Origin: Mobula hypostoma
Taxonomy: Eukaryota
Length of the DNA: 64,000 nucleotides
NCBI RefSeq assembly: GCF_963921235.1
Contig: NC_086098.1
Coordinates: 7,626,001-7,690,000 of the forward strand
Direction of reading: 5' to 3'
Shown: positions 1-12,789 of the stretch, piece by piece
Numbering within the stretch: the stretch's first letter is position 1
How the letters are laid out: each line of letters starts with the position of its first letter
The notes under the pieces: generated by a model
What the model was told of the DNA's origin: nothing
Databases searched by the model: none
What the model saw: the letters and a program-made list of their open reading frames with translations, nothing else
Program-made: the position numbers and the translations under genes

Positions 1-545
1 ACTCAGCAAATCTATAGAATAGTAACTATAACAGGATCAATGAAAGATCAACTAGAGTGCAGAAGACAACACACTGTGCAAATGTAAATATAAATAAAAA
101 GCAATAAATAATCAGAACATGAAATATTGAGATAAAGAGTCCTTAAAGTGAGATCATTCATTGTGGGAACATCTCAGTGGATGGGCAAGTGAGAGTAGTT
201 ATCTCCCTTTGTTCAAGACCCTGATGGTTGAAGGGTAGTAACTGTTCCTGAACCTGGTGGTGCGAGTCCTGAGGCTCCTGTACCTCCTACCTGACGGCAG
301 CAGCAAGAAGAGAGCATGGCCTGGGTGGTGGTGATTTCTGATGATCAATGCTGTTTTCCTGTGACAGCATTTCATGTAAATGTGCTCAATGGTTGGGAAG
401 GCTTTATCCATGATATACTGGGCCAAATCCACTACATTTTGTAGGATTTTCCATCCAAAGGCATTTTGGTGTTCCCATACCAGGCCGTGGTACAACCAGT
501 CAATACACTCTCCACTACATATCTATAGAAGTTTGACAAAGTGAT
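1..545 (-). mobile_element. Rex1/Babar-like LINE 3' end (degenerate)
   Basis: ORF 199..495 has the C-terminal motif HPGHALFLLLPSGRRYRSLRTRTTRFRNSYYPSTIRVLN typical of Rex1-type ORFs. A related copy lies at ~42410-43550. Confidence 0.8.
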
Positions 546-1374
546 CAATGTCATTCCGAGTCTCTGCAAACTTCTAAGGAAGTACAGGTCACAGAACAGG
601 TCCTCCAAAATAATAAATCAAGCCAAGTCAGATGTAGTGTTATTTAGATTGCTGTGTCAAAGGGAAATAAGTAACTGTTATATTCTGTCTCTGAGTGAAA
701 CTTGGATGTCTCCCTGCACGCCAGATACAGCGATCAAATGGGAAGTCTTCTTGATATACCAAATGGACTGAACTACAGACTGAGAAAAGATGAGAGGTGG
801 AGATCTGTGTCCATTCTAGGGAGTTCTCCTCCATAATCCTGAGGAACTCGGTGGTTCAGTCAGATACGGCACTCTGAAGTGGACAAAGGTTCATCGCCAT
901 CGCTGGAAGTGAGGCAGAAGGTGGGGTACTCAAGTCAGGCTGAAATGCAAAGGGATGAGACCCCCTCTATCCAGCATCTTGCTGGCAAACGTGCATTTGC
1001 TGGACAACAAAACTGAGGACCTGAGGGCAAGATTGGTGTATCGAAGGGAAATGAGAGATTGTTGTGTTCTGTGATTTAGAATCTTCCCTAACCAGAAGCC
1101 CTGAATGAAACATGGGATCCGAAATCTGCTGAGGGCCAGTTCAGAGTTATTCAAGTCTGGCAACCAAGAAAGTTACAAGAGGTCCAGGTAAGATCTCCAG
1201 AAAGCCATCACTCAGGCAAAGTGACAATTCTGGACTAAATGAATCAATGAAGGATGCTCAACAGTTGTGGCAGGGCTTGCAAAGTAAAATTAAACAACGT
1301 AGCCCACAACAGGGTTTCACTTCCAGATTAGCTCAATGCCTTCTATCTTGCTTTGGCTGTCAAAACATGGACAC

Positions 1375-1845
1375 ATGGAAACATAGAAAACCTACAGCAC
1401 AATACAGGCCCTTTGGCCCACAAAACTGTGCCAAAAATCTCCTTACCTTGGAAATTACCTAGGGTTACCCATATCGCTCTATTTTGCTGAGCTCCATGTA
1501 TCTGTCCAGGAGTCTCTTAAAAGCCACTATCGTATTTGCTTCCACCACCGTCGCCGGCAGCCCATTCCACGCACTCACTAGTCTGCGTAAAAAACTTGCC
1601 CCTGACATCTCCTCTGTACCTACTTCCAAGCACCTTAAAACTGTGCCCTCTCATATTTGCCATTTCAGCCCTTGGAAAAAGCCTCTGACTATCCACAGGA
1701 TCAATGCCTCTCATCATCTTATACACCTCTATCAGGTCATCTTTTATCCTCTTTCACTCCAAGTAAAAAAGGCCATTTACTCAACCTGGGCATGCTCCCC
1801 AATCTAGGCAACATCCTTGTCAATCTCCTCTGCACCCTTTCTATG
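1375..1845 (-). mobile_element. CR1 LINE 3' end
   Basis: IERVQRRLTRMLPRLGSM and YKMMRGID...RGHSFKV motifs, plus a CR1-type short-repeat tail. Confidence 0.85.
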
Positions 1846-2939
1846 GAACAAGCATCACAAAGTCCCATCTGGTCTGGAGCGGCCACTGCACAGGATTGAA
1901 ATAAGCTGCAGAAAGTTGTTAACTCAGTCAGCTCCATCATGGGCACCAGCATCCCCAGCATCCAGGACATCTTTAAGGAGAAATGCCTCGAAAAGGCAGT
2001 GTCTGTCATTAAGGACCCCCATCATACAAGACACGCCCTCTTCTCATTGCTGCCATCAGGACAGCTTCTTCCCTTCTTCCATCCGATTGCTAAGTGGACA
2101 TTGAACCCATGAACACTACCTCACTTTTTTCGTTCTCTTTTTGCACTACTTACTTAATTCAACTTTCTAAACATTTTTTTTAGGTTTTATTATTATGTAT
2201 TGCAATATATTGCTACCATATAACAACAAATTTCATGACATATACCAGTAATATACTTTATACTTTATACTTTATTGTCGCCAAACAATTGATACTAGAG
2301 CGTACAATCACCACAGCGATATTTGATTCTGCGCTTCCCGCTCCCTGGATTACAAGTTGATCGTAAATATTAAAAATTTAAATTATAAATCATAAATAGA
2401 AAATAGAAAAATGGAAAGTAAGGTAGTGCAAAAAAACTGAGAGGCAGGTCCGGATATTTGGAGGGTACGGCCCAGATCCGGGTCAGGATCCGTTCAGCAG
2501 TCTTATCACAGTTGGAAAGAAGCTGTTCCCAAATCTGGCTGTACGAACTTGGTTAAACCTGATTCTGATCTGAGGCCCCAATAACTCTGTGATTTAAGTC
2601 TCTGAGGCCAACGTGAGACCATCCTTCAGAAGGGTGAACCAGCAGAAAGCATAATGGGGTATTTGGCTGAAAATAAAGACCTGTGCTGATCAACTGACTG
2701 GAGTGTTCACTGAGATCTTTAACCTCTTGCTTTGGCAGTCTGATGTACCTATACCGGTGCCTAGGAATAGCATGGAAACCTGCCTCAATGACCAGCATCC
2801 AGACGTACTTACATCCAGTGATGAAGTGTTTTCAAAGTTTAATGAGGAAACATATCAACTCCTGCTTGGAAAGCAACGTGGATCTGCTCCAGTTTACCCA
2901 ACGGAGCAACAAGTCCACAACAGATGCCAGTTCATTGGC

Positions 2940-4000
2940 TCAACCCCGGATCAGCAGAGGGTTTCCCCCTAATTCCCATTGACTCCATTTTAGCTCAGGC
3001 ACCTCGATGCCATACTCAGTCAAATGTTGCCTTGATATTGAGGGCTATCACTCTCATCTCACCTCTGGTACTTAGCTCTTTGGACCATGTTTGGACCAAG
3101 GGGGTGATGTGGTCAGGAGCTGAGTGGTCTTGATGAAACCCAAACTGGGCATCCATGAGCAGGTTATTGCCGAGCAGGTGCTGCATGATGGCACTGTTGG
3201 TGACCCTTCCATTACTCTGCTGATGATTGAGAGTAGGCTGATAGGGCGGTAATTGGCTGAGTTGGACTTGTCCTGTTTCTTGAGTACAGGACATACCTGG
3301 GCAATTTTCTACATTGCTGGGTGGATGCCGGTGTTGTAGCTGTAATGGAACAGCTTGGCTTGTGGCGTGACAAGTTCCGGAGCAAAAGTCTTCAGGACTA
3401 TTGCCGGGATTTTGTCTGGGCCCATCGCCTTCCCAGTATCCAGAGCTTTCAGCCGTTTCTTGTTATTACAGTCCGGTTGGCTGCATACTGACATGTGGGA
3501 TGCTGGGGACTTCTGGAGGAGGCCAAGCTGGAACATCTACTCTGCACTTCTGACTGAAGATTGCTGTAAATGCCTCAGCCTTACCTTTTGTGCAGGTGTG
3601 CTGGGCTCCTCCATCATCGAGGATGGGGATATTTGTGGAGCCTCCTCCTCCAGTGGGTTGTCTGATTGTCAACCACCATTCACGGCTGGATGTGGCAGGA
3701 CTACAGAGCTTAGATCTGATCTGCTATTTAAGGGACCACGTAGCTCTGCCTGTTACTTGCTGCTGATGGTGTTTGGCTTGCAAGTAGTCCCGTATTGCAG
3801 CTTCACCTGGTTTGAGGTACTGAGGTATGCCTGGTGTGGTTCTCGGCATGCCCTCCTGCACTCTTCATTGATCCCCTGGCCTGCTGGTAATGTTAGAGTG
3901 GGGGATATGCCAGACCATGAGGATACAGGTTGTAGTTGAGTACAACTCTGCTGATGCTGATGGCCCACAGCGCCTCATAGATGCCCAGTCTGGGGTTGCT
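2940..4000 (-). mobile_element. L2/CR1-group LINE RT fragment (degenerate)
   Basis: LKALDTGKAMGPDKIPAIVLKT and AQFGFHQDHSAPDHIT...RVIALNIKATFD are non-LTR RT motifs, broken by frameshifts. Confidence 0.8.
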
Positions 4001-4349
4001 AGATTATGTACTTCAGGAGGAGGAAACTAGAGATCCATGTGCCAGTCCTCTTTAGAGGATTGGAGGTAGAGAGAGTCAGCTACTTTAAATTTCCTCAGTG
4101 TTGTTATGTTGGAGGACCTGTCATGCACCCTGCATGTAGAAGCAATTATGAAGAAAGTACAGCAGCACTACTTCCTGAGAAGTTTGCAAAGATTCGGCGT
4201 GACAACCATCACTTTGACAAAGTTCTATAGATGTGTGGTGGAGAGTATGTTGACTGGATGCATCACATCCTGGTATGGAAATACCAATGCCCTTGGATAG
4301 AAAATCCTACAAAAAGTAGTGGATACATTGGAGGCAATTGCATTTGTAC

Positions 4350-4412
4350 CTGGTCACATTTTCTAACTTGGGTGACTTTGAAAGATAAAGTATTGGCTTG
4401 TTTCATGTATAC
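4350..4412 (-). pseudogene. Divergent copy (D) of repeated exon-like unit
   Basis: Acceptor ttctgtgcag, then VYMKQANT..., homologous to the start of the units at 5240-5371 and 16328-16459 with an apparent 1-nt deletion. Possible donor CAG|gtacaa. Confidence 0.45.
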
Positions 4413-4517
4413 CTGCACAGAACATGGAAGCAACATCAATAAAAGAATGATAATGTACAGATCATCTAAGCGATTTTATTTTCCAATAACATTAAACACC
4501 TATCCTTATCAGTGATA

Positions 4518-5130
4518 ATCATTATGAAGACACGTAGTCCTCTTTTATTGCCATTTAGTAATGCATGCATTAAGAAATGATACATTATTTCCTCCGGTGT
4601 GATATCACAAAACACAGGACAAACCAAGACTGAAAAAACTAACAAAACCACATAATGATAACATATAGTTACAACAGTGCAATAATACCATAACTTGATG
4701 AAGAAGTCCATGAGCACAGTAAAGTTCATAGTTTCTCAAATGTCCCACATCTCACGCAGACGGGAGAAGGAAGAAAAACTCTCCCTGCCATGCCGACCAC
4801 AATCCGACTCTGAGTCAGCCGAAAACTTCGAGCTCTGATCAGCTCTCCGACACCGAGTACTGAGCGCCATCTCTGTCTGAATGATTTGACCTCCTTCTTG
4901 GTCGCCAAAAGCAGGCAAGGCTGGGGATTTTGAGGCCTACCCTCCGAAAGATTCCCGACCACGCAGTAACGACAGCAGCGAACGGGCGTTTCAGAAATTT
5001 CTCCAGATGTTCCTCTGTGCTTTCACGTCCATTCTCCATCAAATCAGAATTGTCCACGGCCCCTATTTAACAGATACGATATCATTTTTCACCGGAGGGC
5101 TGCGCACACGCAGGCGTGCCGCCATCTTCT
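4518..5130 (-). mobile_element. Non-autonomous SINE-like retroelement (~610 bp)
   Basis: Begins AAGATGGCGG on the minus strand. Its 3' ~200 bp recurs nearly identically at 16521-16731 with a (TCTAA)n tail. No recognisable coding motif. Confidence 0.6.
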
Positions 5131-5239
5131 CTGGCAAAGATATCAGAATAGGGAGATGTTGCAACTGCTGTGATATTCAACAGTCTTCATTGCTCTTGCA
5201 CACTTTAATGGCTTTAACAAAAATTATGGGAAAACTTGC

Positions 5240-5371
5240 AATGTAAAGAGGTATTTGAACGTTACTATAATGTTTTTCATAAATTAGCAACCTCAAAAAG
5301 ATGTGTAGATTTGTGATAGTATACTCATTGTCACCTTGCAAGATACAAGCATTGGCTTGAACCATATAGGC
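5240..5371 (-). CDS. Candidate 132-nt phase-0 exon (copy B), product unknown
   Basis: Polypyrimidine tract plus cacag acceptor; open frame AYMVQANACILQGDNEYTITNLHIFLRLLIYEKHYSNVQIPLYI; GC-type donor gcaagt; gap-free alignment to copy A. Confidence 0.5.
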
Positions 5372-6239
5372 CTGTGCGGGACAAAAGAAAAGAAAGGATG
5401 GAAGAAAACAAGAAAGCAAGAAATAAAGGAAGAAAGCAAAGAAGGAAGGAAAAGATTTCAGGAGAGAATTAAAAGGAAATGTCTCTGATGTGGTGGAACA
5501 TAGGAGAGATAAATGATAAAAGAAAGTAAGGGCCTAGAGCAGGGTTTTTTTGCCCCAATATCATTAAGCAAGGGGTTAGTGGACCCCAGGTTGGGAACCC
5601 CTGCTCTCAAGGAGATGTAATTTCTAAATAATTATCTGAAAACAGTGAATAAATTGGAATTGGAATTGGTTTATTATTGTCAAGTGTACCGAGAAGAGTG
5701 CAAAGCTTGCCTTGCGTACTGTCCATGCAGACAAATGCTAACACAGTTTATTGAGGTAGTCCAAAGTCAATCAGCGACAGAATGAAGAATGAAGTGTAAC
5801 AGCTACAGAGAAAGCAAACAGTGAAGTGCAAGATCACAACGAGGTAGATTATGAGGTCAAAATTCATCTTATGGTGTTGGGGAGGAAATTTCTGGAAAAC
5901 TCAGCTTTTACTGTTTGTCAATTATGTAGCAAATTCTCCAGAAACCTCAGGGTTGTACGTGGTGACGTGTACGTACTCTGATATTAAATTTTACTTTGAA
6001 CTTCAAGCCTCCCAAAAAGAAAGACTTACGTCATCGTCTTGAATTTGTGCGTCTGTTCTTCACCTGGGCTAATTTGCTTTCAGAATCAGAATCAGGGTTA
6101 TTATCACTGACATATGTTGTGAATTTTGCTGATTTGCAGCAGCCGCGCTTTGCAATACATGAACATTACTATAATCACATGAAGTATATAGAAAATAATA
6201 AGTAAATAGACAGATAGATTGATAGATAGACATATAGAC

Positions 6240-7365
6240 ACATTTAATAAGGTGCCTCACATAAGGCTGGTTAACAAGATGAAATCCTCTGGTGTTACAG
6301 GAAATATACTGGCATGCATAGAGGAATGGCTAACAAGTAGGAGGCAGCAGGTGGGAATAAAAGGGGCCTCTTCTTGTTGGCTGCCAGTGACTAGTGGTGT
6401 TCCTCAGGGGTCAGTATTGAGACTGCTACTTTTCACGTTGTTTGTCAATGATTTAAATATTGGAATTGATGGCTTTGTGGCAAAGTTTGTGGAGGGGTAG
6501 GTAGTGCTGAGGAAGCAATGCATTTGCAGCAGGACATAGTCAAATTGGAACAATGGACAAAAAGTGGCAGATGGAATACAGTGTTGGGAAATGTATGATA
6601 ATGCATTTTGGTAAAAGGAACAATAGTGTAGACTATTACCTAAATGGGGAAAAACTCAAACATCAGAGATGCAAAGGGACTAAGGAGTCCTTGTGCAAGA
6701 CTTCCAGAAGGTTAATTCACAGGATTGAGTCTATGGTAAAGGAGGCAAATACAATGTTGGCATTTATTTCAAGGGGAGTAGAATTAAAAAGCAAAGAGAT
6801 AATGCTGAAGCTTTGTATGACACTAGTCAGGCCGCACTTGGAGTATTGTCGACAGTTTTGGGCCACACCTCAGAAAGCATGTGTTGTCACTGGAGAGAGT
6901 CCAGAGGAGATTCACAAGGATGATCCTGGGAATGAAGGGGTTAACATATGAGGAGCGTTTGGCTGTTTTGGGCCTGTACTCACTGGAATTTAGAAGAATG
7001 TGGGGGGGGGGGGATCGCTTTGAAACCTACGGAATGTTGAAAGGATTAGATAAAGCACGTGTGGAGAGGGTGTTTCCTCTGGTGGGGGTATCTAGAACTA
7101 GAGGGCACAGCCTCAGAACTGAGGGGCGAACTTTTAGAACTTTTTTAGCTGAAGTGTAGTGAACCTGTGGAATGCTGTGCCACAGACTGCGGTGGAGGCT
7201 GTCCGTGGGTATATTTAAAGTGGAAGTTGATAGATTCCGGATTGGTCGGGGCATCAAGGTGAGAGGGCAGGTGTATGGGGTTGAACAGGATCCAGGATTA
7301 GCTATGATGAACTGGCAGAGCAGATTGAATGGGCTGAATGGCCTAATTCTGCTCTTATGTCTTAT
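6240..7365 (+). mobile_element. CR1 LINE RT/3' end (degenerate)
   Basis: FNKVPH, VTSGVPQGSVL, LVRPHLEYC and ERVQRRFTRM motifs across frameshifted ORFs. Confidence 0.9.
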
Positions 7366-7543
7366 GACTCATTGATAGATAGATAAATAGTGCAAAAGAA
7401 GAGCAACCTAAAGAGTTAATATTCATGGACCATTCATAATTCGGCGGAGAGGAAGAAACTGTTCCTAAAATGTTTTTTGAATTGTCAGCTTTTACAAAAA
7501 TCATTCCTAGTAGTTTCCCTCTGTTGGCAAATTCCCTCTGCGT

Positions 7544-9045
7544 TGAAATTGTGAGGGCCCTGGCAGAAATACTTAAAATGTCGCTGTCTACGGGTGAGGT
7601 GCCGGAGGATTGGAGAGTGGCTCATGTTGTTCCGTTGTTTAAAAAAGGATCGAAAAGTAATTTGGGAAATTATAGGCTGGTGAGTTTAACGTCAGTAGTA
7701 GGTAAGTTATTGGAGGGAGTACTAAGAGACAGAATCTACAAGCATTTGGATAGACAGGGGCTTATTAAGGAGAGTCAACATGGCTTTGTGTGTGGTAGGT
7801 CATGTTTGACCAATCTGTTGGAGTTTTTCGAGGAGGTTACCAGGAAAGTGGATGAAGGGAAGGCAGTGGATATTGTCTACATGGACTTCAGAAAGGCCTT
7901 TGACAAGGTCCCGCATGGGAGGTTAGTTAGGAAAATTCAGTCGCTAGGTATACATGGAGAGGTGGTAAATTGGATTAGACATTGTCTCGATGGAAGAAGC
8001 CAGAGAGTAGTGATAGAGAATTGCTTCTCTGAGTGGAGGCCTGTGACTAGTGGTGTGCCACAGGGATCAGTGCTGGGTCCATTGTTATTTGTCATCTATG
8101 ATAATGTGGTAAATTGGATCAGCAAGTTTGCTGATGATACAAAGATTGGAGGTGTAGTAGACAGTGAGGAAGGTTTTCAGAGCCTGCAGAGGCACTTGGA
8201 CCAGCTGGAAAAATGGGCTGAAAAATGGCAGATGGAGTTTAATACTGACAAGTGTGAGGTATTGCACATTGGAAGGACAAACCAACATAGAACATATAGG
8301 GTTAATGGTAAGGCACTGAGGAGTGCAGTAGAACAGAGGGATCTGGGAATACAGATACAACATTCTCTAAAAGTGGTGTCACAGGTAGATAGGGTCGTAA
8401 AGAGAGCTTTTGGTACATTGGCCTTTATTAATCAAAGTATTGAGTATAAGAGCTGGAATGTTATGATGAAGTTGTATAAGGCATTGGTGAGGCTGAATCT
8501 GGAGTATTGTGTTCAGTTTTGGTCACCAAATTACAGGAAGGATATAAATAAGGTTGAAAGAGTGCAGAGAAGGTTTACAAGGATGTTGCCGGGACTTGAG
8601 AAACTGAGTTACAGAGAAAGGTTGAATAGATTAGGACTTTATTCCCTGGAGCGTAGAAGAATGAAGGGAGATTTGATAGAGGTAAATAAAATTATGATGG
8701 GTATAGATAGAGTGAATGCAAGCAGGTTTTTTCCACTGAGGCAAGGGGAGAAAAAAACCAGAGGACATGGGTTAAGGGTGAGGGGGGAATAGTTTAAAGG
8801 AAACATTAGGGGAGGCTTCTTCACACAGAGAGTGGTGGGAGTATGGAATGAGCTGCCAGATGAGGTGGTAAATGTGGGTTCTTTTTTAACATTTAAGAAT
8901 AAATTGGACAGATACATGGATGGAAAGTGTATGGAGGGATATGGTCCGTGTGCAGGTCAGTGGGACTAGGTAGAAAATGGTTTGACACAGCCAAGAAGGG
9001 CCAAAAGGCCTGTTTCTGTGCTGTAGTTTCTATGGTTTCTATGAT
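7544..9045 (+). mobile_element. 5'-truncated CR1 LINE with nearly intact RT domain
   Basis: 440-aa ORF with QHGF, YMDFRKAFDKVPH, GVPQGSVLGP and KFADDTK motifs; premature stop at ~8790; (TTTCTATG)-like tail. Confidence 0.95.
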
Positions 9046-10606
9046 CTAAAAGCCAGGAAAGGATTCAATTCCTTATTTCAGTCCAGCGATTCTAATGCTC
9101 ATTTCTGGATATGGACCGAAAAGCTACTGCAATGATCCCTTTGTTCTAGGAAAGCTTACTGCCATCATACATAATGTGGGGAAATAACTTCTGTGAAAAG
9201 CCTTAAGCATCAACAGAGGTTTCTGGACAGAGTTTAAGTGAGAAAGGGTGGTTGCTAAAAGTAATTCCTGTATCTCTGTAGAACTCCTCAGGAATCTGCT
9301 ATTTTTTGATCTGGCACTACATTACCAAGGGGGAACAATGCTTGCAGGGATTGCATACTTGGTAATCAAGGCCAAGAAGACTGATTTTCTGTCTATTATT
9401 TCTCTTTACTGTTTTTAAAAAAGTGATGATCCAAGCAAAATGCTCTGATCTATAGGACTGTACTGTGAAAAAGTTCAGCTTGTAATCGAGAATTTTGCTG
9501 ATGTGCTGCAAATGTGTTTCCTTGCTGTGTTTTCTGGATAAAATGGCATCAATACTGACAGCTGGGCTCCCAATTCAAAATGAACGATACTAGAGCCCCG
9601 GCTAATTAATCTTGAGGGCTTCAGTGTAACGTTTTTGTGATTTACACATGGAATGTGTGGATTGTGGTGGTTTGGCTGCATTTATTATTTATTCCTAGAT
9701 GCCTTCATGAAGCGAAATTTGTTGTTGTTCTTCAGCTACTGAGTCGTGCTCCCATGATGTGGATATTGTAGTGTTTTCAAAATGGCGCCGAGCCACAGCC
9801 TCCATTGAGGTTTTGGCTCAGTTTTAGCTGTTTTTTTAGTAGGATTTTGGCTTTGTGGGGATAGATTTGGGGACAGAGAGGGGTATTAGGGGTCAGGTCA
9901 AAGTTTCAGGGACAGGGGTGAGGGGGAATTAGAGGGAAGGCCAAAGCCTTAAGAAAAGCATATGAAGAACAATATGCAGACATGGGAGATCTGTGGACTG
10001 AACTGGGATGTCAGTCCAACAGATCTGTGTGGATGAAGGTGGATGGCCTCCCCAATGTCAGCAAGTTATTGGCGAGTTCTGGAATCGGACTGCCATGCGG
10101 GCAGGAGCAACAACAGCTGATAGCCCCCTGGGTTTATGGATTAGAGAGGCCAGAGTCTGAGGCCGAGTGTTTGGGGTCCTGACATCAGCAGGCCCAGAGT
10201 TCAAGGCCTAGTGTTCAGTGATCAGTGGTTTCTGGGATTGATGCTGAGGATCGAGGCCCTAGGGTCAAATCGGAAAGTCGAGGCCAGTTAGCCAGAACTC
10301 TTGAGTCCAAGAAGCTCTGTGAGTCTGTCGGGATAGTTAAAGGCCCATTGTCCACATCCAAATTGGAGTCCAATACTCATCTGCTCAAGGCTGGTGGCCT
10401 TGATGTTGAGATTTTTGAATATACGTGAGTGGGAGATAGAATTGGAGACTTGTTTTGTTGCTTGTTGTGTCCTGCTTGCTGTGTTCTGTGTTGTTCTGCT
10501 GAGTATTGTGGGCGTGCTATGTTGGCGCTGGGATATGTGGCAATACTTACACCCAGTGCTCTCTTGGTGTAGGTTTCAATGAACAGGTGAAATATGAAGT
10601 TATATA

Positions 10607-11805
10607 AGATCATATGATCACAAGATATAGGAGTAGAATTAGGCCATTTGGCCCATCGAGTCTGCTCTGCCATTTCATCATGGCTAATCCATTTTCCCTC
10701 TCACCTCCAATCTCCTGCCTTCTCACTGTACCCCTTCATGCCCAGACCGATCAAGAATCTATCAACCTAAAACCCTCACTAATTTTTATAGATGCACCGT
10801 AGAAAGCATTCTTCTGCGGTGCATCACAACCTGGTATGGAAGTTATCCTGTCTAAGACCGGAAGAAGCTGCAGAAGATCGTGAACACGGCGCAGCACATC
10901 ACACAAACCAATCTTCTGTCCGTGGACTCACTTTACACCGCACGCTGTCGGAGCAGTGCTACCAGGATAATCAAGGACACGACCCACCCAGCCAACACAC
11001 TTTTCGTCCCTCTTCCCTCTGGGAGAAGGCACAGGAGCTTGAAGACTCGTACGGCCAGATTTGGGAACAGCTTCCTTCCAACTGTGATAAGACTGCTGAA
11101 CGGATCCTGACCCGGATCTGGGCCGTACCCTCCAAATATCTGGACCTGCATCTCAGTTTTTTTGCACGACCTTACTTTAAAATTTTTTTATTTTCTATTT
11201 ATGATTTATAATTTAAATTTTTAATATTTACTATCGATTTTGTAATCCAGGGAGCGGGAAGCGCAGAATCAAATATCGCTATGAAGATTGTACGTTCTAG
11301 TATCAATTGTTTGGCGACAATAAAGTATAAAGTATATAAAGTATAACCTCTACTTTAAATATACATAAAAATGGCCTCCACAACTGCTGTGGCACAATGA
11401 ATTCAATCGATTCACCAGTCTCCAGCTAAAAAAAATTCCTCCTCATCTCCATTCTAAAAGGATGCTACTCTATTCTGAGCCTCTGTCCTCTGGTTCAGCA
11501 CTCCCTGCATAGGAAGCATTCTCTTCACATCCACTCAATCAAGGCCTTTCACCACCTGATAGGTTTCAATGAGGTCACCCCTCATTCTTCTGAATTCCAG
11601 TGAATACAAGCCCAAAGCCATCAAATGCTCTTAATATGACAAATTGTTAAATTCTGGAAACATTTTTGTGAACCTCCTTTGTGTCCTCTCCAGTTTCAGC
11701 ACACCCTTTCTAAGATAAGGGGCGCAAAACTGCTCACAATACTCCAAGCAAGGCCTCACCAGTGCTTTATAAAGCCTCTACATTTCTCCCTTGCTTTTAT
11801 ATTCT
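10607..11805 (-). mobile_element. CR1 3' end interrupted by a + strand Rex1-like insertion (~10769-11345)
   Basis: CR1 sequence resumes after the insert (aacct on both sides). The insert encodes HPANTLFVPLPSGRR...FGNSFLPTVIRLLN and ends in an (AAGTATA)n tail. Confidence 0.85.
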
Positions 11806-12278
11806 ATATATTGTGAATCTTGTTAGGTAGGGAATTCCTGAACAAGGACCAAGAAGGTATGGACAAGGGAGACACAGGAGTGCTTACGGGACTGCTTTGA
11901 ATCAGTGGACTGGTCTGTATTCAAGGATTCATCTTCAAACCTGGATGAGCATGCTGCAGTTGTTGATGACTTCATTAAAACCCATGTGGATAAGTGTGTA
12001 CCTATAAAGACTTACTGGACATTCCCAAACTAAAAGCCATGGATGAACCAGGAGGTTTGTCATCTGCTGAAGGCTAGATTTGTGGCATTCATGTCTGGCG
12101 ACCCGGGCCTGTACCGGAAAACCAGGTATGATTTACGGAGGGCTATTTCAAGTGTGAAGACACAATTTCAAATGAGGTTGGAGGCAACATCGGATGTACA
12201 ACAACTCTGGCAGGGTTTGCAAGACATTACTTCCTACAGAGCGAAACCCAATAGTATGAATGGTAGTGATGCTTCACT

Positions 12279-12789
12279 CGCATCCTTTTCAGGGTGGCTA
12301 GTCCACCTTTGGTCCCCACCTGGCACTCAGCTCTCACCTGTGGCTCCCCGTAGCTGTTTGCATGCGACAGCGGCCACACCCCGGGCGACGGCTTCGACAA
12401 GCTGGCTAAACCAGGTGAGGGTAGCCGACGGGTCTCAAACCCTCGGTGAGATAGGGAGTTGTCTATCCCAGCATGTGAAGACAGACTCCGGCTGATTGAG
12501 CGGATGAGACCAATGGAAGGTCCAACGGTCAAGAAGGCGGTCTCTGCAAGCGTCGTGGAACGTGTAGAGCAGGGCAAGACACAGAAGACGTCCTGGTCAT
12601 CCACTGCGCCTAGTCCCATCTCCAGCCGTCTAGACTCTGTCTTGCCACTGGATCCAGATGGGAATTGGGAAGAGAGAGTGAGGCTGACGCTACGCAACTC
12701 TCCCTCACTTAAATCCAAATCACGCGCTAGTCTCGACACCATCATTATGGTGTCGAGGTCCTCATCTACGTCAATGATGGACGAACAAC
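12279..12789 (+). mobile_element. 511-bp non-autonomous non-LTR retroposon
   Basis: Perfect 14-bp TSD agtgatgcttcact (12265-12278, 12790-12803); CpG-rich; short CAA-type tail; perfect 11-bp hairpin at 12732-12757 near the 3' end. Confidence 0.85.
12291..12421 (+). ncRNA. HDV-like self-cleaving ribozyme motif (5' P1 strand uncertain)
   Basis: P2 12331-12341/12410-12421; P3 GGC/GCC; L3 UCCCCGU; P1' ACACCCC; GG for P1.1; P4 CGGCUU/AAGCUG; J4/2 GCUAA with C12406 at the catalytic position. Confidence 0.65.

Noticed and set aside
3355..3939. 194-aa plus-strand ORF and similar long ORFs (13593..13952, 30175..30597, 45711..46115)
   Set aside because: They are antisense shadows of LINE coding sequence.
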